A DNA stretch of 47,764 nucleotides from an uncultured Planctomycetales bacterium (GTDB taxonomy: Bacteria > Planctomycetota > PLA2 > JAEUHO01). This document shows, piece by piece, positions 1 through 8,951 of this stretch. The notes under the pieces were generated by a model, which searched no databases, was not told where the DNA came from, and saw only the letters and a list, made by a program, of their open reading frames with translations. The stretch spans positions 1-47,764 of the forward strand of contig CAZPGF010000004.1 in assembly GCA_964586025.1 (NCBI GenBank), in the 5' to 3' direction. Position 1 is the first letter of the stretch. Each line of letters opens with the position of its first letter. The position numbers and the translations under genes are program-made.

Positions 1-2
1 TG

Positions 3-140
3 ATCGAGGGGGAGGGGAGGGTGGGCAGAATCGGCCCGGCGGGCCGGGCGAGCCTCGCGTTGGCGATCGCGGTCGCCGCGTTGGCCCTCCTCCACTGGGT
101 CGCCCTCCTCGTCTCCGCCCGCCGTCGAACGACCACCTGA
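3..140 (+). CDS. C-terminal fragment of a gene entering from the left edge (ends in a hydrophobic helix)
   Basis: Frame from base 3 reads IEGEGRVGRIGPAGRASLALAIAVAALALLHWVALLVSARRRTTT, with TGA at 138-140. Confidence 0.45.
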   Translation: MEGEGRVGRIGPAGRASLALAIAVAALALLHWVALLVSARRRTTT

Positions 141-187
141 CGGGGAATTCCACGCGCTTCGGGCGGCCCACCGCACGATGGCGCGCC

Positions 188-988
188 ATGGATGCGACGA
201 CGCTCCCCGGCGCCGAGACCGCCATCGAGTCCGAAACGGCGCCGCCCGTGGCCGCGCGCGATCGCCTGCGCTTTGCGTTGCTGCTCGGGCTCGTACTGCT
301 GTGGGTCCTTCCGTCGTGGGGGCTCGCGCAGGTGGGCGACGCATTCGTCCGTCAGATCGGCGCGTTGCGCACCGGCGCGGCCGCGGGGATCGGCCTGCTC
401 GTGCTCGTCGGTCTGGCCGCGACGTCGTTCCTGGCCCGCACCGGTCGCGGGCTGCGCGCCGGACTCGCCGCGACTCATGCGATCGCCGCGACCGCGACGA
501 CGGTTCTGCTCGCGACGGAGCATCCGTGGATCCCCGGTGGCGCACGTCGCCTGGACTGGGTGCCGGTGTTCGCACCGCTCGCGGTCCTGGCCGCGCTCGA
601 TGCGTGGCGAGGCGCGGTCGATCCGCGCCACGGCACGCTCCTCGGTTGGGCGCGCGCGTTCGCGGGGCTGTTCGCGGCGGGCGCGTTCTACGTCGCGGAC
701 GCGCCGATCCCCGCCGGCATCGCCGCGTGGCTGGGACTCGGCGGCTTCGCGGCCGTGCGCGTCACCGGTGCGGTCGGCGTGCGGCGCACGATCGAGGCCC
801 TGACGATGGTCGCCGCGTTGATCGTCGGCGCAGCGCCGCAAATCCAGTCGCGCTTCGTCGGCGTGGAGTTGTTGGAGAGCGGGTCCCACGGGTGGCCCGA
901 GGTCGTCTGGGTCGTACTCGCCGCGATCCTCGCGACCACTGGGGTCGACGGCGTGCTGCGCCCCGTCCCCGACGCCGACGCACCGTGA
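188..988 (+). CDS. Hypothetical multi-pass membrane protein (266 aa)
   Basis: Several hydrophobic helices; its stop overlaps the GTG start of the next gene (GTGA at 985-988). Confidence 0.7.
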   Translation: MDATTLPGAETAIESETAPPVAARDRLRFALLLGLVLLWVLPSWGLAQVGDAFVRQIGALRTGAAAGIGLLVLVGLAATSFLARTGRGLRAGLAATHAIAATATTVLLATEHPWIPGGARRLDWVPVFAPLAVLAALDAWRGAVDPRHGTLLGWARAFAGLFAAGAFYVADAPIPAGIAAWLGLGGFAAVRVTGAVGVRRTIEALTMVAALIVGAAPQIQSRFVGVELLESGSHGWPEVVWVVLAAILATTGVDGVLRPVPDADAP

Positions 989-2379
989 GCGTCTTCGCGG
1001 CGCTCACCGATCGCCGCATCCACGCGCTCGCCTGGCCGGCGGCGGTCAGCGCGGCGGTGCCCTACGCGCACCGCCTGATCGACTCCACGTGGATCGCGCG
1101 CACGCACGATCACCGTGCCGTTGCGGCGCTCGGGATCGCGGCGGTCGGGGTGTGGCTGTTCAGCGCGCTCGCCTGGCTCGTCGCGATGGGCCTGACGTCG
1201 CTGGTGGGCCGCTATGTCGGCGCGGGCCGGGCGCCCGCCGCCGCGTACGTCGCGGCCCAGGGCATCCGCTGGGCGGTCGCGATCGGCCTCGTCGGCGGCG
1301 TGCTCGGCGCGTTCGCCGCGCCGTGGATGTTCGAACGCGCCGGCGCGGAGCCGGCGGTCGCGGCGCACGGCGTACCGTACGCACGGATCTACTGGGGCTG
1401 CGGTGCGCTGCTTCTCGCGCAGACCGCGCTCGACGCGATCTACCGCGGCCACGGCGACACTCGCACGCCGATGCGGGCCGCCGTGCTCGCGCTCGCGCTG
1501 AACGTCGTGCTCGATCCGCTGCTGATCGTGGGCGTGGGACCGATCCCCGGCCTCGGTCTCGCGGGCGCCGCGTGGGCGACGGTGATCGCGACCGCGACGC
1601 CGGTCGTGCTCCTCGCGCGCGAGGCCCGTCGGCGCGGCTGGTTGCGGCGCGACCCGGTCGATGCGGATGTCCTGCGCTTCTCGCCGCAGACGCCGATCGG
1701 TCGCCCGGGCCGGTTCGGCTTCGATCTCGCCGTCGCGCGACGCATGGTGCGCGTCGGTCTGCCGAGCGGCATCGCGAGCGCCTGGTTCAACGTCGTCTAC
1801 CTCCTGCTCTACGAGGTCGTCTTCGCCGCGGGCGGTGCCCCCGCGCAGGCCGGGCTGATGATCGGCCACCTGGGCGAGGGGGTCGCGTTCGTCGCCGGTC
1901 TCGGCTGGTCGGCCGCGGCGGCGAGCCTGATGTCGCGCGAACTCGGCGCGGACCGTCCCGACGAGGCCGGACGGCTGTGCTGGCGTGCCGCGTGGACCTG
2001 CGCGGCGTGCACCGCCCTGTGGTCCGTCGTGCTGGTCTTCGTGGACGAGCCCCTGGCGCGATGGTTCGCCGGTTCCGACGCCGATGCGGCGACGATCGCG
2101 CACGGCGCGGCGTATCTCAAGATCGTAGCCCTCTGCCTCGTTCCGCAGGCGATCGAGCTGACCCTCGACGGCGCGTTCGGCGGCGCCGGGCTCACGCTCC
2201 CGCCGACGCTGATCGGCATCGCGCTTTCGACCGCACGCATTCCCCTCGCGTGGTGGGCGCTCCAATCCGGCCACGGCGTCGCCGGCATCTGGATCGTGAT
2301 CGCCTCGACCGCCGCCCTTCGCGGCCTCCTCGTCGGCGCCTGGTTCCGCCGCGGCACCTGGAAGCACCGCGCGGTGTGA
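985..2379 (+). CDS. MATE family efflux transporter (true start GTG 985, inside track ORF 178..2379)
   Basis: Starts VSVFAALTDRRIHALAWPAA; about 12 TM helices; MATE-like segments RGHGDTRTPM, LNVVLDPLLI, GLAGAAWATV. Confidence 0.9.
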   Translation: MSVFAALTDRRIHALAWPAAVSAAVPYAHRLIDSTWIARTHDHRAVAALGIAAVGVWLFSALAWLVAMGLTSLVGRYVGAGRAPAAAYVAAQGIRWAVAIGLVGGVLGAFAAPWMFERAGAEPAVAAHGVPYARIYWGCGALLLAQTALDAIYRGHGDTRTPMRAAVLALALNVVLDPLLIVGVGPIPGLGLAGAAWATVIATATPVVLLAREARRRGWLRRDPVDADVLRFSPQTPIGRPGRFGFDLAVARRMVRVGLPSGIASAWFNVVYLLLYEVVFAAGGAPAQAGLMIGHLGEGVAFVAGLGWSAAAASLMSRELGADRPDEAGRLCWRAAWTCAACTALWSVVLVFVDEPLARWFAGSDADAATIAHGAAYLKIVALCLVPQAIELTLDGAFGGAGLTLPPTLIGIALSTARIPLAWWALQSGHGVAGIWIVIASTAALRGLLVGAWFRRGTWKHRAV

Positions 2380-2446
2380 CGCCCGACTCGTGGGGCATCC
2401 GGACGGTCGGTTGCGCGGATCGAAGGGGTGGCCCGCGGGCCGTCGG

Positions 2447-3886
2447 CTACCGCGCGCCCTTGCCGGAGAACGCGACGCCCACGGTCTCGAAGAGGATCGA
2501 GAGGTCGAACCAGGGGGAACGGCGCGTCACGTAGTAGAGGTCGTACTCCAACTTGCAGCGCGCGTCCTCGGCCCCGGCCGCGTAGGGCGCGCGAACCTGC
2601 GCCCAACCGGTGATCCCGGGACGAACGATCGTCCGCATCTCGAACAGCGGCACGTCGCGCCGCAGCATCTGGAAAAAGTGCGGGCGCTCCGGGCGTGGCC
2701 CGACGAGCGCCATCTGGCCGACCAGCACGTTGAACAACTGCGGCAGTTCGTCGAGGCGCGTGCGACGCAGGATGCGACCCACGCGCGTGATGCGCGGATC
2801 GTCCTCGGCGGCCCAGACCGGACCGGACTTCGACTCGGCGTCGCGGTACATGCTGCGGAACTTGATGACCGAGAACGTCTTCCCGCGCAGGCCCGTGCGC
2901 TTCTGGAGGAAGAAGATCGGGCGCCCGTCCTCGATCAGGATCGCGATGGCGACCGCCAGCCAGACCGGCAACAGCAGCACGACCAGCACGGCGCTCGCGA
3001 CGACGTCCATCACGCGTGACAGCGCGAAACCGAACCAGTGGCGGGGCCGCCCGAGGAGTAGGTTCAGCGGGTTGGCGAGATCCGTGTCGATGCGTCCTTC
3101 GGCCGCGCGCAGCACGGCCGACTCGCTGCTGATCGAGTGACCGAGGGCGACGAACCGCGCGATCGCAGAACCGACCGCGACGTCGCGCACCGGGCACGAG
3201 ACCACGATGCGCCTCTCGAGGCGGACGGGCTTGCCGGCCGGATCCTCGTCGCCGTACCCGGTGCAGACCGGTCGCTTCAGGAGGCGCTCGGCCGCTTCCG
3301 GATCGCAGTCCGGGATCACGAGGCTCGATACGACGAGGCCCGGGATCACCTCGAGGCGTCGAACCGCCTCGCCCGCCCCCCACTCGGTCGAAGCCAACAA
3401 AGTCACGCGCGCCGGACGATGACGGATCCACCAGGACTGCCACAGGCGGACACCGGGATAGGACAGCCACGACATGAACGCGGCGAGACCCCACGTGCCG
3501 GCGTGGAGGAATCGTCCGGGCAGGATCGCGTCGAGCAGCACGACGAGCAGGGCCGACGCAGTCGGCGCGACCGCACCCATCGCAACGCGCCCGCCCGCGC
3601 CCAGCGCGATCATCCGCAGCGCATAGAGCACCGGGATGTGCAGCGCGACGAGGGTCGCCAGCCGCAGGAACGTGAGCACGCTCGGCTCGGGGATCAGGAG
3701 GGCGTGCAGACCGAGCGTCGCGGCGATCGTCAGGAGATAGACGATGACCGGCGGGATCAGCACCGCTTCCGGCTTCGCCGGGGACAGGGGCCGCTGGATG
3801 CGTCGTGCGACGGGGGTCGGCGCGGAACGCGGCGCGGCCGCGGGAGCGCGGGTGGCGACGGCCGAGGAGGGAGGGGGAGGAGTCAT
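2447..3886 (-). CDS. Priming polyprenyl-phosphate glycosylphosphotransferase (WcaJ/WbaP-like sugar transferase)
   Basis: Bacterial sugar transferase domain: KFRSM, DDPRITRVGRILRRTRLDELPQLFNVL, LVGPRPERP, RPGITGWAQV, LEYDLYY. Confidence 0.95.
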   Translation of the reverse strand: MTPPPPSSAVATRAPAAAPRSAPTPVARRIQRPLSPAKPEAVLIPPVIVYLLTIAATLGLHALLIPEPSVLTFLRLATLVALHIPVLYALRMIALGAGGRVAMGAVAPTASALLVVLLDAILPGRFLHAGTWGLAAFMSWLSYPGVRLWQSWWIRHRPARVTLLASTEWGAGEAVRRLEVIPGLVVSSLVIPDCDPEAAERLLKRPVCTGYGDEDPAGKPVRLERRIVVSCPVRDVAVGSAIARFVALGHSISSESAVLRAAEGRIDTDLANPLNLLLGRPRHWFGFALSRVMDVVASAVLVVLLLPVWLAVAIAILIEDGRPIFFLQKRTGLRGKTFSVIKFRSMYRDAESKSGPVWAAEDDPRITRVGRILRRTRLDELPQLFNVLVGQMALVGPRPERPHFFQMLRRDVPLFEMRTIVRPGITGWAQVRAPYAAGAEDARCKLEYDLYYVTRRSPWFDLSILFETVGVAFSGKGAR

Positions 3887-3895
3887 CGGGTGCGA

Positions 3896-4588
3896 TCAGT
3901 CCCGGGACGGCCGGGCGCCGTTCAGAACGACTCCGATCACGCGCTTGGCGACCTGTGCGAGTGCCTTCTGCAGCGCGCGCTTCGGCGTGCGCCCGCTCTG
4001 CGCGACGACGACGAGTTCCTCGACGCAGTCTCGGAGCACGATGCCCTCCGGGTTGTCGAGGATCGACGGGCAGTCGATCACGATCTGCGCGTAGTTCGGG
4101 CGCAGTTCGTGAAGTGTGTGCGCCCACGCGGCGGGGTCGTGCAGCGTGAACCCGTCCTCGCCGTCCGGTGCCGTCATCAGGTCGACGCCCTCGAACGGCG
4201 TCTCGATCAGGCTCGGATGCGGTCCGGGATGGCCGGCGGCGAGCGTGCGCGTCAGCGTGCGGCTGCGGGCGTCGCCGTCCACGAGCAGCACGCGACCGGC
4301 GCGACCGCGCGTGCGACCGAGACACACGGCGAGGTTCACCGCGGCCGTGGTCTTGCCCTCCCCGTCGCGTGCGCTGACGACGCCGATCGTCCGGAACGCG
4401 CGGCGCTGGCTCTGAAGGAGGATGTGCGCCGTGAGACGCATGTAGCCGCGCGCAGACTCCGGACGCGGCTTCTCGACGGACTCGATGCGGCGGCCCTCGT
4501 GCACCGCCAGCAGCGACCCGGGCTTCGACGCGTCCCGCAGGGCGAGTGCGGACGAACCGGCGGACGAGGACGCGGTCGGGTTCGCCAC
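3896..4588 (-). CDS. Stand-alone BY-kinase-like ATPase, CpsD/CapB family (start GTG 4588 or ATG 4603)
   Basis: Walker A SARDGEGKTT, A' VLLVDGDAR, B IVIDCP, end VIGVVLN; follows the chain-length gene. Confidence 0.85.
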   Translation of the reverse strand: MANPTASSSAGSSALALRDASKPGSLLAVHEGRRIESVEKPRPESARGYMRLTAHILLQSQRRAFRTIGVVSARDGEGKTTAAVNLAVCLGRTRGRAGRVLLVDGDARSRTLTRTLAAGHPGPHPSLIETPFEGVDLMTAPDGEDGFTLHDPAAWAHTLHELRPNYAQIVIDCPSILDNPEGIVLRDCVEELVVVAQSGRTPKRALQKALAQVAKRVIGVVLNGARPSRD

Positions 4589-4590
4589 GA

Positions 4591-6225
4591 TCAGACCCCC
4601 CATCCGAGCAGACGCGCGAGCCACGACGGCGCGTCCATCAGCCCGTAGTGCGCCGCCAGCGCCATGCCGGCGACGCCGAGGCATCCGGCGACCCAGCCGC
4701 CGAACACGACGTCGCGTGCGACACTTCGCATCGGGACGAGCGGCCCCTCCTCGAGGCGCGGCACCTCGACCACGAACGCGCCGGGCAGGACCCCCGCGAT
4801 GTCGCGGGCGTCCACGACCGTCGAGTCGTCGTAGCGGCGCCGCAGCAGCATCAGGCCATAGCCGACGAGCAGCCCCGCCGCGGAGGCCATGACGAGGAAC
4901 TTGCGTCGCGCCGGACCGGTCGGCGACGCCGGCGCCACGGCCGGTTCGACGAGTTGGTACGGCGTCACGAGCGACGGGGGCGCGGACTCGGTGAACCGGC
5001 GCTGCGACTCGAGCTCGATCTCGGCGTTGCGCGCGTTCTTCAACGTCTCGTAGGCGAGGTCGCGCTGTGCCAGGAGGGGCTTGACCTCCTCCTGGAGCAG
5101 CGGCGCGGCGCGCAGCTTCTGGTAGAGATCCCGCTCCTTCGCCTCGGCCGTCGCGAGTTCGTCGCCGATCGCCGCGGCGCGCGACTTCAGCACGACGACG
5201 CGATCCCGGCGCTGCCGCAGGATCTGGTCGCGGTCCGTGCGGACGCGCGCGAGCCAGGCGTCGTCTTCGGCCCGGCGAACGCGCTCGAGTTCCGCGGCGG
5301 TGTCGCGGACGCGTGCCTCCCAGGAGGTCATCTCGTTGCGCGCGCGAATCACACTGCCGTGCATCTCGGTGCGCGTCGCGCGCTTCTCGGTGTAGGCGGC
5401 GCGCGCGCCGGTCAGCGCCTCCTGCTCTCCGCGCAGGCGGTCGGCGAGCAGCTGCTCCTGGGTCGAAGCGGGTCGCGACTTGACGTCCTCGAGGCCCGCC
5501 TCGCCGCGGGTGAGTTCCTCTTCGACGCCCTGCACCTCCGTGAGGACCGCGGAGCGCTCGCGCAGGAGTTCGTCCACGCGACTGCGCACACCATCGAGCT
5601 CGCGCTCGAGACGCGTCATCTCGAGTTCGAGCGTGCCCTTGCCGCTGTGCTTCGCGTGGAACGCCTCGATCTCCGCGCGGAAACCGGCGTACGTCCGTTC
5701 GGCCTCCTCGCGGTGCTTGACGGAGAAGTCGTGCTTCTTCTCGGCCTCGTCGACGTAGGGCTGCTTCTCGTTGTCGAGGAAGCGCTCGATGAGCGCGTTC
5801 AACGCTCGCTCGGCGACGACGCCGTCGGTGTGGGTGGTGCGGACGCTGAACGCGTTGTCACCCAGTCGGTTCCACTCGATACGCTCGGCGTGGCGCTGGA
5901 TCGTCTCGGGATCGTCGAGCGGGGCGGCCGGATCGAACACCTCGACGAACGCACGGACGTTGTCCGACGCGAGCAGGCGGTCCCTCGTCTTGTTGACGAG
6001 CTCGAACGCGTTCTCGTCGCGTGCGCTCGGGCCGACGATGCGCGTCGCGCCGGCGGTCATCTTCTCGTTGATCTGGATCACCGCACCGACGTCGTAGGTG
6101 TTCGGCAGACGGAGCGCGTAGATCGTCGCCGGTAGCAGCAACGTGGCGACCGGGACCGCGTAGGTCCACTTCCACTTGCCGACGACGGCGGCGAGCGCTC
6201 GGAGGGAGGCGCCGAACCACGTCAT
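4591..6225 (-). CDS. Polysaccharide co-polymerase / chain-length determinant (GumC/Wzc N-terminal type)
   Basis: N-terminal TM, long coiled-coil region, YQLVEPAVAPASPTGPARR then a TM; ATG 6225 overlaps the upstream stop (ATGA). Confidence 0.85.
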   Translation of the reverse strand: MTWFGASLRALAAVVGKWKWTYAVPVATLLLPATIYALRLPNTYDVGAVIQINEKMTAGATRIVGPSARDENAFELVNKTRDRLLASDNVRAFVEVFDPAAPLDDPETIQRHAERIEWNRLGDNAFSVRTTHTDGVVAERALNALIERFLDNEKQPYVDEAEKKHDFSVKHREEAERTYAGFRAEIEAFHAKHSGKGTLELEMTRLERELDGVRSRVDELLRERSAVLTEVQGVEEELTRGEAGLEDVKSRPASTQEQLLADRLRGEQEALTGARAAYTEKRATRTEMHGSVIRARNEMTSWEARVRDTAAELERVRRAEDDAWLARVRTDRDQILRQRRDRVVVLKSRAAAIGDELATAEAKERDLYQKLRAAPLLQEEVKPLLAQRDLAYETLKNARNAEIELESQRRFTESAPPSLVTPYQLVEPAVAPASPTGPARRKFLVMASAAGLLVGYGLMLLRRRYDDSTVVDARDIAGVLPGAFVVEVPRLEEGPLVPMRSVARDVVFGGWVAGCLGVAGMALAAHYGLMDAPSWLARLLGWGV

Positions 6226-7631
6226 GCGAGGACTCGCGGGGGCCGGGAGACCCCTTCGGCGGCCCAGGGGGCTCCGCTCAATCGCCAGAGCTCGCCCCGC
6301 ACCTCCGTGGCCGGGACGACGCTGCGCGCATCGACGATCAACGCCGCCTCGCGCGCGACCAGGTGCCAGTCGAACGTCCTGTGGTGGGTCGTGACGACGA
6401 CGCAGTCCGCCTCGTGAAGCGTGGTCGCGTCGAACGGGACCGCCTCGCGACGTCGTCCGGCGATCTCCATGTGCGCCACGTGCGGATCGGCGTACCGCAC
6501 GTCGGCGCCCTGCGCTTCGAGGTGCCGGATCACGTCGAGCGCGGGGGACTCGCGGGTGTCCGAGATGTCGGGCTTGTACGCGACGCCGAGCACCAGGATG
6601 CGTGCGCCGTTCACGGACTTGCGGTGCGCGTTGAGCGCGGCCGCCACGCGCTGCGCGACGTAGCCGGGCATCGCGCTGTTGACGTCCTGCGCCAGCTCGA
6701 TGAAGCGTGCCCGGTAGTCCAGGTGGCGCAACTTCCACGACAGGTAGATGGGATCGAGCGGAATGCAGTGGCCGCCGATGCCGGGGCCGGGGTCGAAGCG
6801 AAGGAACCCGAACGGCTTGGTCGCGGCGGCGCGGACGATCTCGTCCACGTCGAGACCGAGCACGTCGCACATCATCGCCACCTCGTTGACGAGACCGATG
6901 TTCACGCTGCGGAACGTGTTCTCGAGCAGCTTGACCATCTCGGCCGCGGAGGCCGACGACACCGGCACCACGCGCTCGATCGCGAGCGCGTAGAACGCGG
7001 CGGCGAGTTCGGTGGAGATCGCGTCCACACCGCCGACGACCTTCGGCGTGTTGCGGATCCCGTAGCGCGCGTTGGCCGGATCCACGCGCTCGGGGCTGAA
7101 CGCGAGCCAGATGTCGGTTCCGACGGACAGGCCGGCCTTCTCGAGCCGCGGCTGGACGTACTCGCTCGTCATGCCGGGGTAGGTCGTGCTCTCGAGAATG
7201 ACCAGTTGGCCGGCGCGAACGACGCGCTCGACGCTGGCCGTGGCCGCATCGACGTAGGACAGGTCCGGATCGCGGCTCTTCGAGAGCGGCGTCGGGACGC
7301 AGATGCTGATCACGTCGCACGAGGCGAGTTCGGACATGTCCGTCGTTGCGCGGAGGCGTCCCGCGCCCACGACCGCCGCGAGCGCGTCGCTCGACACGTC
7401 GTCGATCGTGCTACGGCCGGCGTTCACCGCGGCGACCTTCGCCTCGTCCACCTCGAAGCCCACGACATCGACGCCGTCTTCGGCGAAGGCCACCGCGAGC
7501 GGCAGGCCCACGTAGCCGAGGCCGATCACGCCGAAGTGGATCGCCCGCGCGTCGATGCGCGCGGCGAGGGCGTCGGCCGCCGGAGAGGCGGCGGCGCGGC
7601 GATCCGTCGTTGTGTTCACCTGGCCCCCCAT
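6222..7631 (-). CDS. Nucleotide-sugar dehydrogenase (UDP-GlcNAc/ManNAc 6-dehydrogenase, WbpA/WecC-like)
   Basis: GLGYVGLP, ICVPTP, ILESTTYPG, FSPERVDP, AEMVKLLENTFR, GPGIGGHCIPLDP, GVAYKPDISDTRESP; start ATG 7631 (or GTG 7619). Confidence 0.95.
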   Translation of the reverse strand: MGGQVNTTTDRRAAASPAADALAARIDARAIHFGVIGLGYVGLPLAVAFAEDGVDVVGFEVDEAKVAAVNAGRSTIDDVSSDALAAVVGAGRLRATTDMSELASCDVISICVPTPLSKSRDPDLSYVDAATASVERVVRAGQLVILESTTYPGMTSEYVQPRLEKAGLSVGTDIWLAFSPERVDPANARYGIRNTPKVVGGVDAISTELAAAFYALAIERVVPVSSASAAEMVKLLENTFRSVNIGLVNEVAMMCDVLGLDVDEIVRAAATKPFGFLRFDPGPGIGGHCIPLDPIYLSWKLRHLDYRARFIELAQDVNSAMPGYVAQRVAAALNAHRKSVNGARILVLGVAYKPDISDTRESPALDVIRHLEAQGADVRYADPHVAHMEIAGRRREAVPFDATTLHEADCVVVTTHHRTFDWHLVAREAALIVDARSVVPATEVRGELWRLSGAPWAAEGVSRPPRVLA

Positions 7632-7648
7632 GACTGCCCCCCGGCCCG

Positions 7649-8584
7649 TCAGGCTGTGGATTCCGCGAGCGACTCGACGATGCGCGCGATTCCGGTCCGC
7701 AGCTCGGTGGACGGCGTCCAACCCAGCCTGATCCGTGCCTCCGAGATGTCCGCGAGCGAGTCGCGGACGTCACCGACACGAGCCGGAACATGGCGGCTCG
7801 ACGGCTCCACCCCGAGCTCGTCGGCCACGATCGAAAGCAACTCCCGGATCGAAACGCGCCGCCCACCGCCGAGATTCATCGGGCCCTCGGTCGCGCCCGG
7901 CGCCGTGGCCGCGCGGATCAACGCGTCGACCACGTCCTCGACGTAGGTGAAGTCCCTCGTCTGCTCGCCGTCTCCGTTCACGGTCGCCGGTTGACCGCGC
8001 CGGAGGGCGTCGACGAACAGCGGGACCACCGCAGCGTAGGCGGAACGCGGACTCTGTCGCGGTCCGTACACGTTGAAGTAGCGCAGGCTGACCGTCTCCA
8101 GCCCGTAGGTCGCCTGGAAGGCCGTCAGATAGGCCTCGCCGGCCGCCTTCGACGCCGCGTAGGGGCTGCGGGGCGAGAGGGGCATCGCCTCCCGCTTCGG
8201 CAGGGCAGGCGTGTCGCCGTAGACGGAGGAGGAGGACGCGAAGACGACCCGCCGGCAGCCGGCGTCGCGGGCGGCGACGAGCAGGCGGAGCGTCCCAAGG
8301 ACGTTGACCTCGGTCACCTCCTCCGGGCGCTCGACGCTGCGGGCGACGGCCGCGAGCGCGGCCTGGTGGTAGACGACCTCGCACCCGGCGACCGCGCGCG
8401 CGATCGCCGTGGGATCCCGCAGGTCGCCCTCGACCAGGTCGATCGACGAGCGCGCGGCGGCGAGGTTCTCGCGCAGGCCGGTGCTGAAGTCGTCCAGGAC
8501 GGACACGTCGTGACCGTCGGCGAGCAGCCGATCGACGAGCGTGGAACCGATGAATCCGGCTCCGCCGGTCACGCAGACGCGCAT
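7649..8584 (-). CDS. NAD-dependent nucleotide-sugar epimerase/dehydratase (SDR; WbpP-like 4-epimerase)
   Basis: MRVCVTGGAGFIGS, ASSSSVYG, YAASK, LRYFNVYGPRQ, GDGEQTRDFTYV. Confidence 0.95.
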   Translation of the reverse strand: MRVCVTGGAGFIGSTLVDRLLADGHDVSVLDDFSTGLRENLAAARSSIDLVEGDLRDPTAIARAVAGCEVVYHQAALAAVARSVERPEEVTEVNVLGTLRLLVAARDAGCRRVVFASSSSVYGDTPALPKREAMPLSPRSPYAASKAAGEAYLTAFQATYGLETVSLRYFNVYGPRQSPRSAYAAVVPLFVDALRRGQPATVNGDGEQTRDFTYVEDVVDALIRAATAPGATEGPMNLGGGRRVSIRELLSIVADELGVEPSSRHVPARVGDVRDSLADISEARIRLGWTPSTELRTGIARIVESLAESTA

Positions 8585-8667
8585 GGGGTCCTGGTCCTCT
8601 CGGGGGTGGCGGAAGCCGGGCGATCGGCGTGCCGAACCCATCAAATTTGCATGGGCGAGGGCCCGCA

Positions 8668-8683
8668 TGCAAGGCAGGTGCCA
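8668..8683 (-). promoter_or_regulatory. Sigma-54 (-24/-12) promoter for the leftward EPS operon
   Basis: Minus strand reads TGGCACCTGCCTTGCA, matching TGGCAC-N5-TTGCW; about 85 bp upstream of the epimerase ATG at 8584. Confidence 0.8.
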
Positions 8684-8951
8684 TCCGCTCCGTCCGCCGA
8701 GAAGGCGTCGTGGACCGGACCGCCGTTCGCGCGGCCGGGCGGATGGCGGTAGGGCCGGGCGGGCCATCGGTCGCAACCCGAAGCCCGCACGGCGCCTCCA
8801 CGCCCTCCGATCCGGGCCGTCGTGCCCGTCCTATCGGACGACTGACGTGCCGTGATAAAGGCTGGATGTCCGTCGCACCGAAGGTCGATGTGGCAGTGGC
8901 AGGACACCGCGGCCCCCTGCTGTCGATCGGAAAGGACATGAACCCCGGGCC

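Noticed and set aside
63-490. Frequent GCGATCGC / CGATCG (HIP1-like) words
   Set aside because: Explained by Ala-Ile-Ala codons (GCG ATC GC) in a GC-rich genome; enrichment cannot be shown without counting.
8745-8752. GGCGGTAG, the core of the RfaH ops element, upstream of the flippase operon
   Set aside because: Lacks the following nnTG and JUMPstart context; an 8-mer of this composition is expected a few times by chance in this window.
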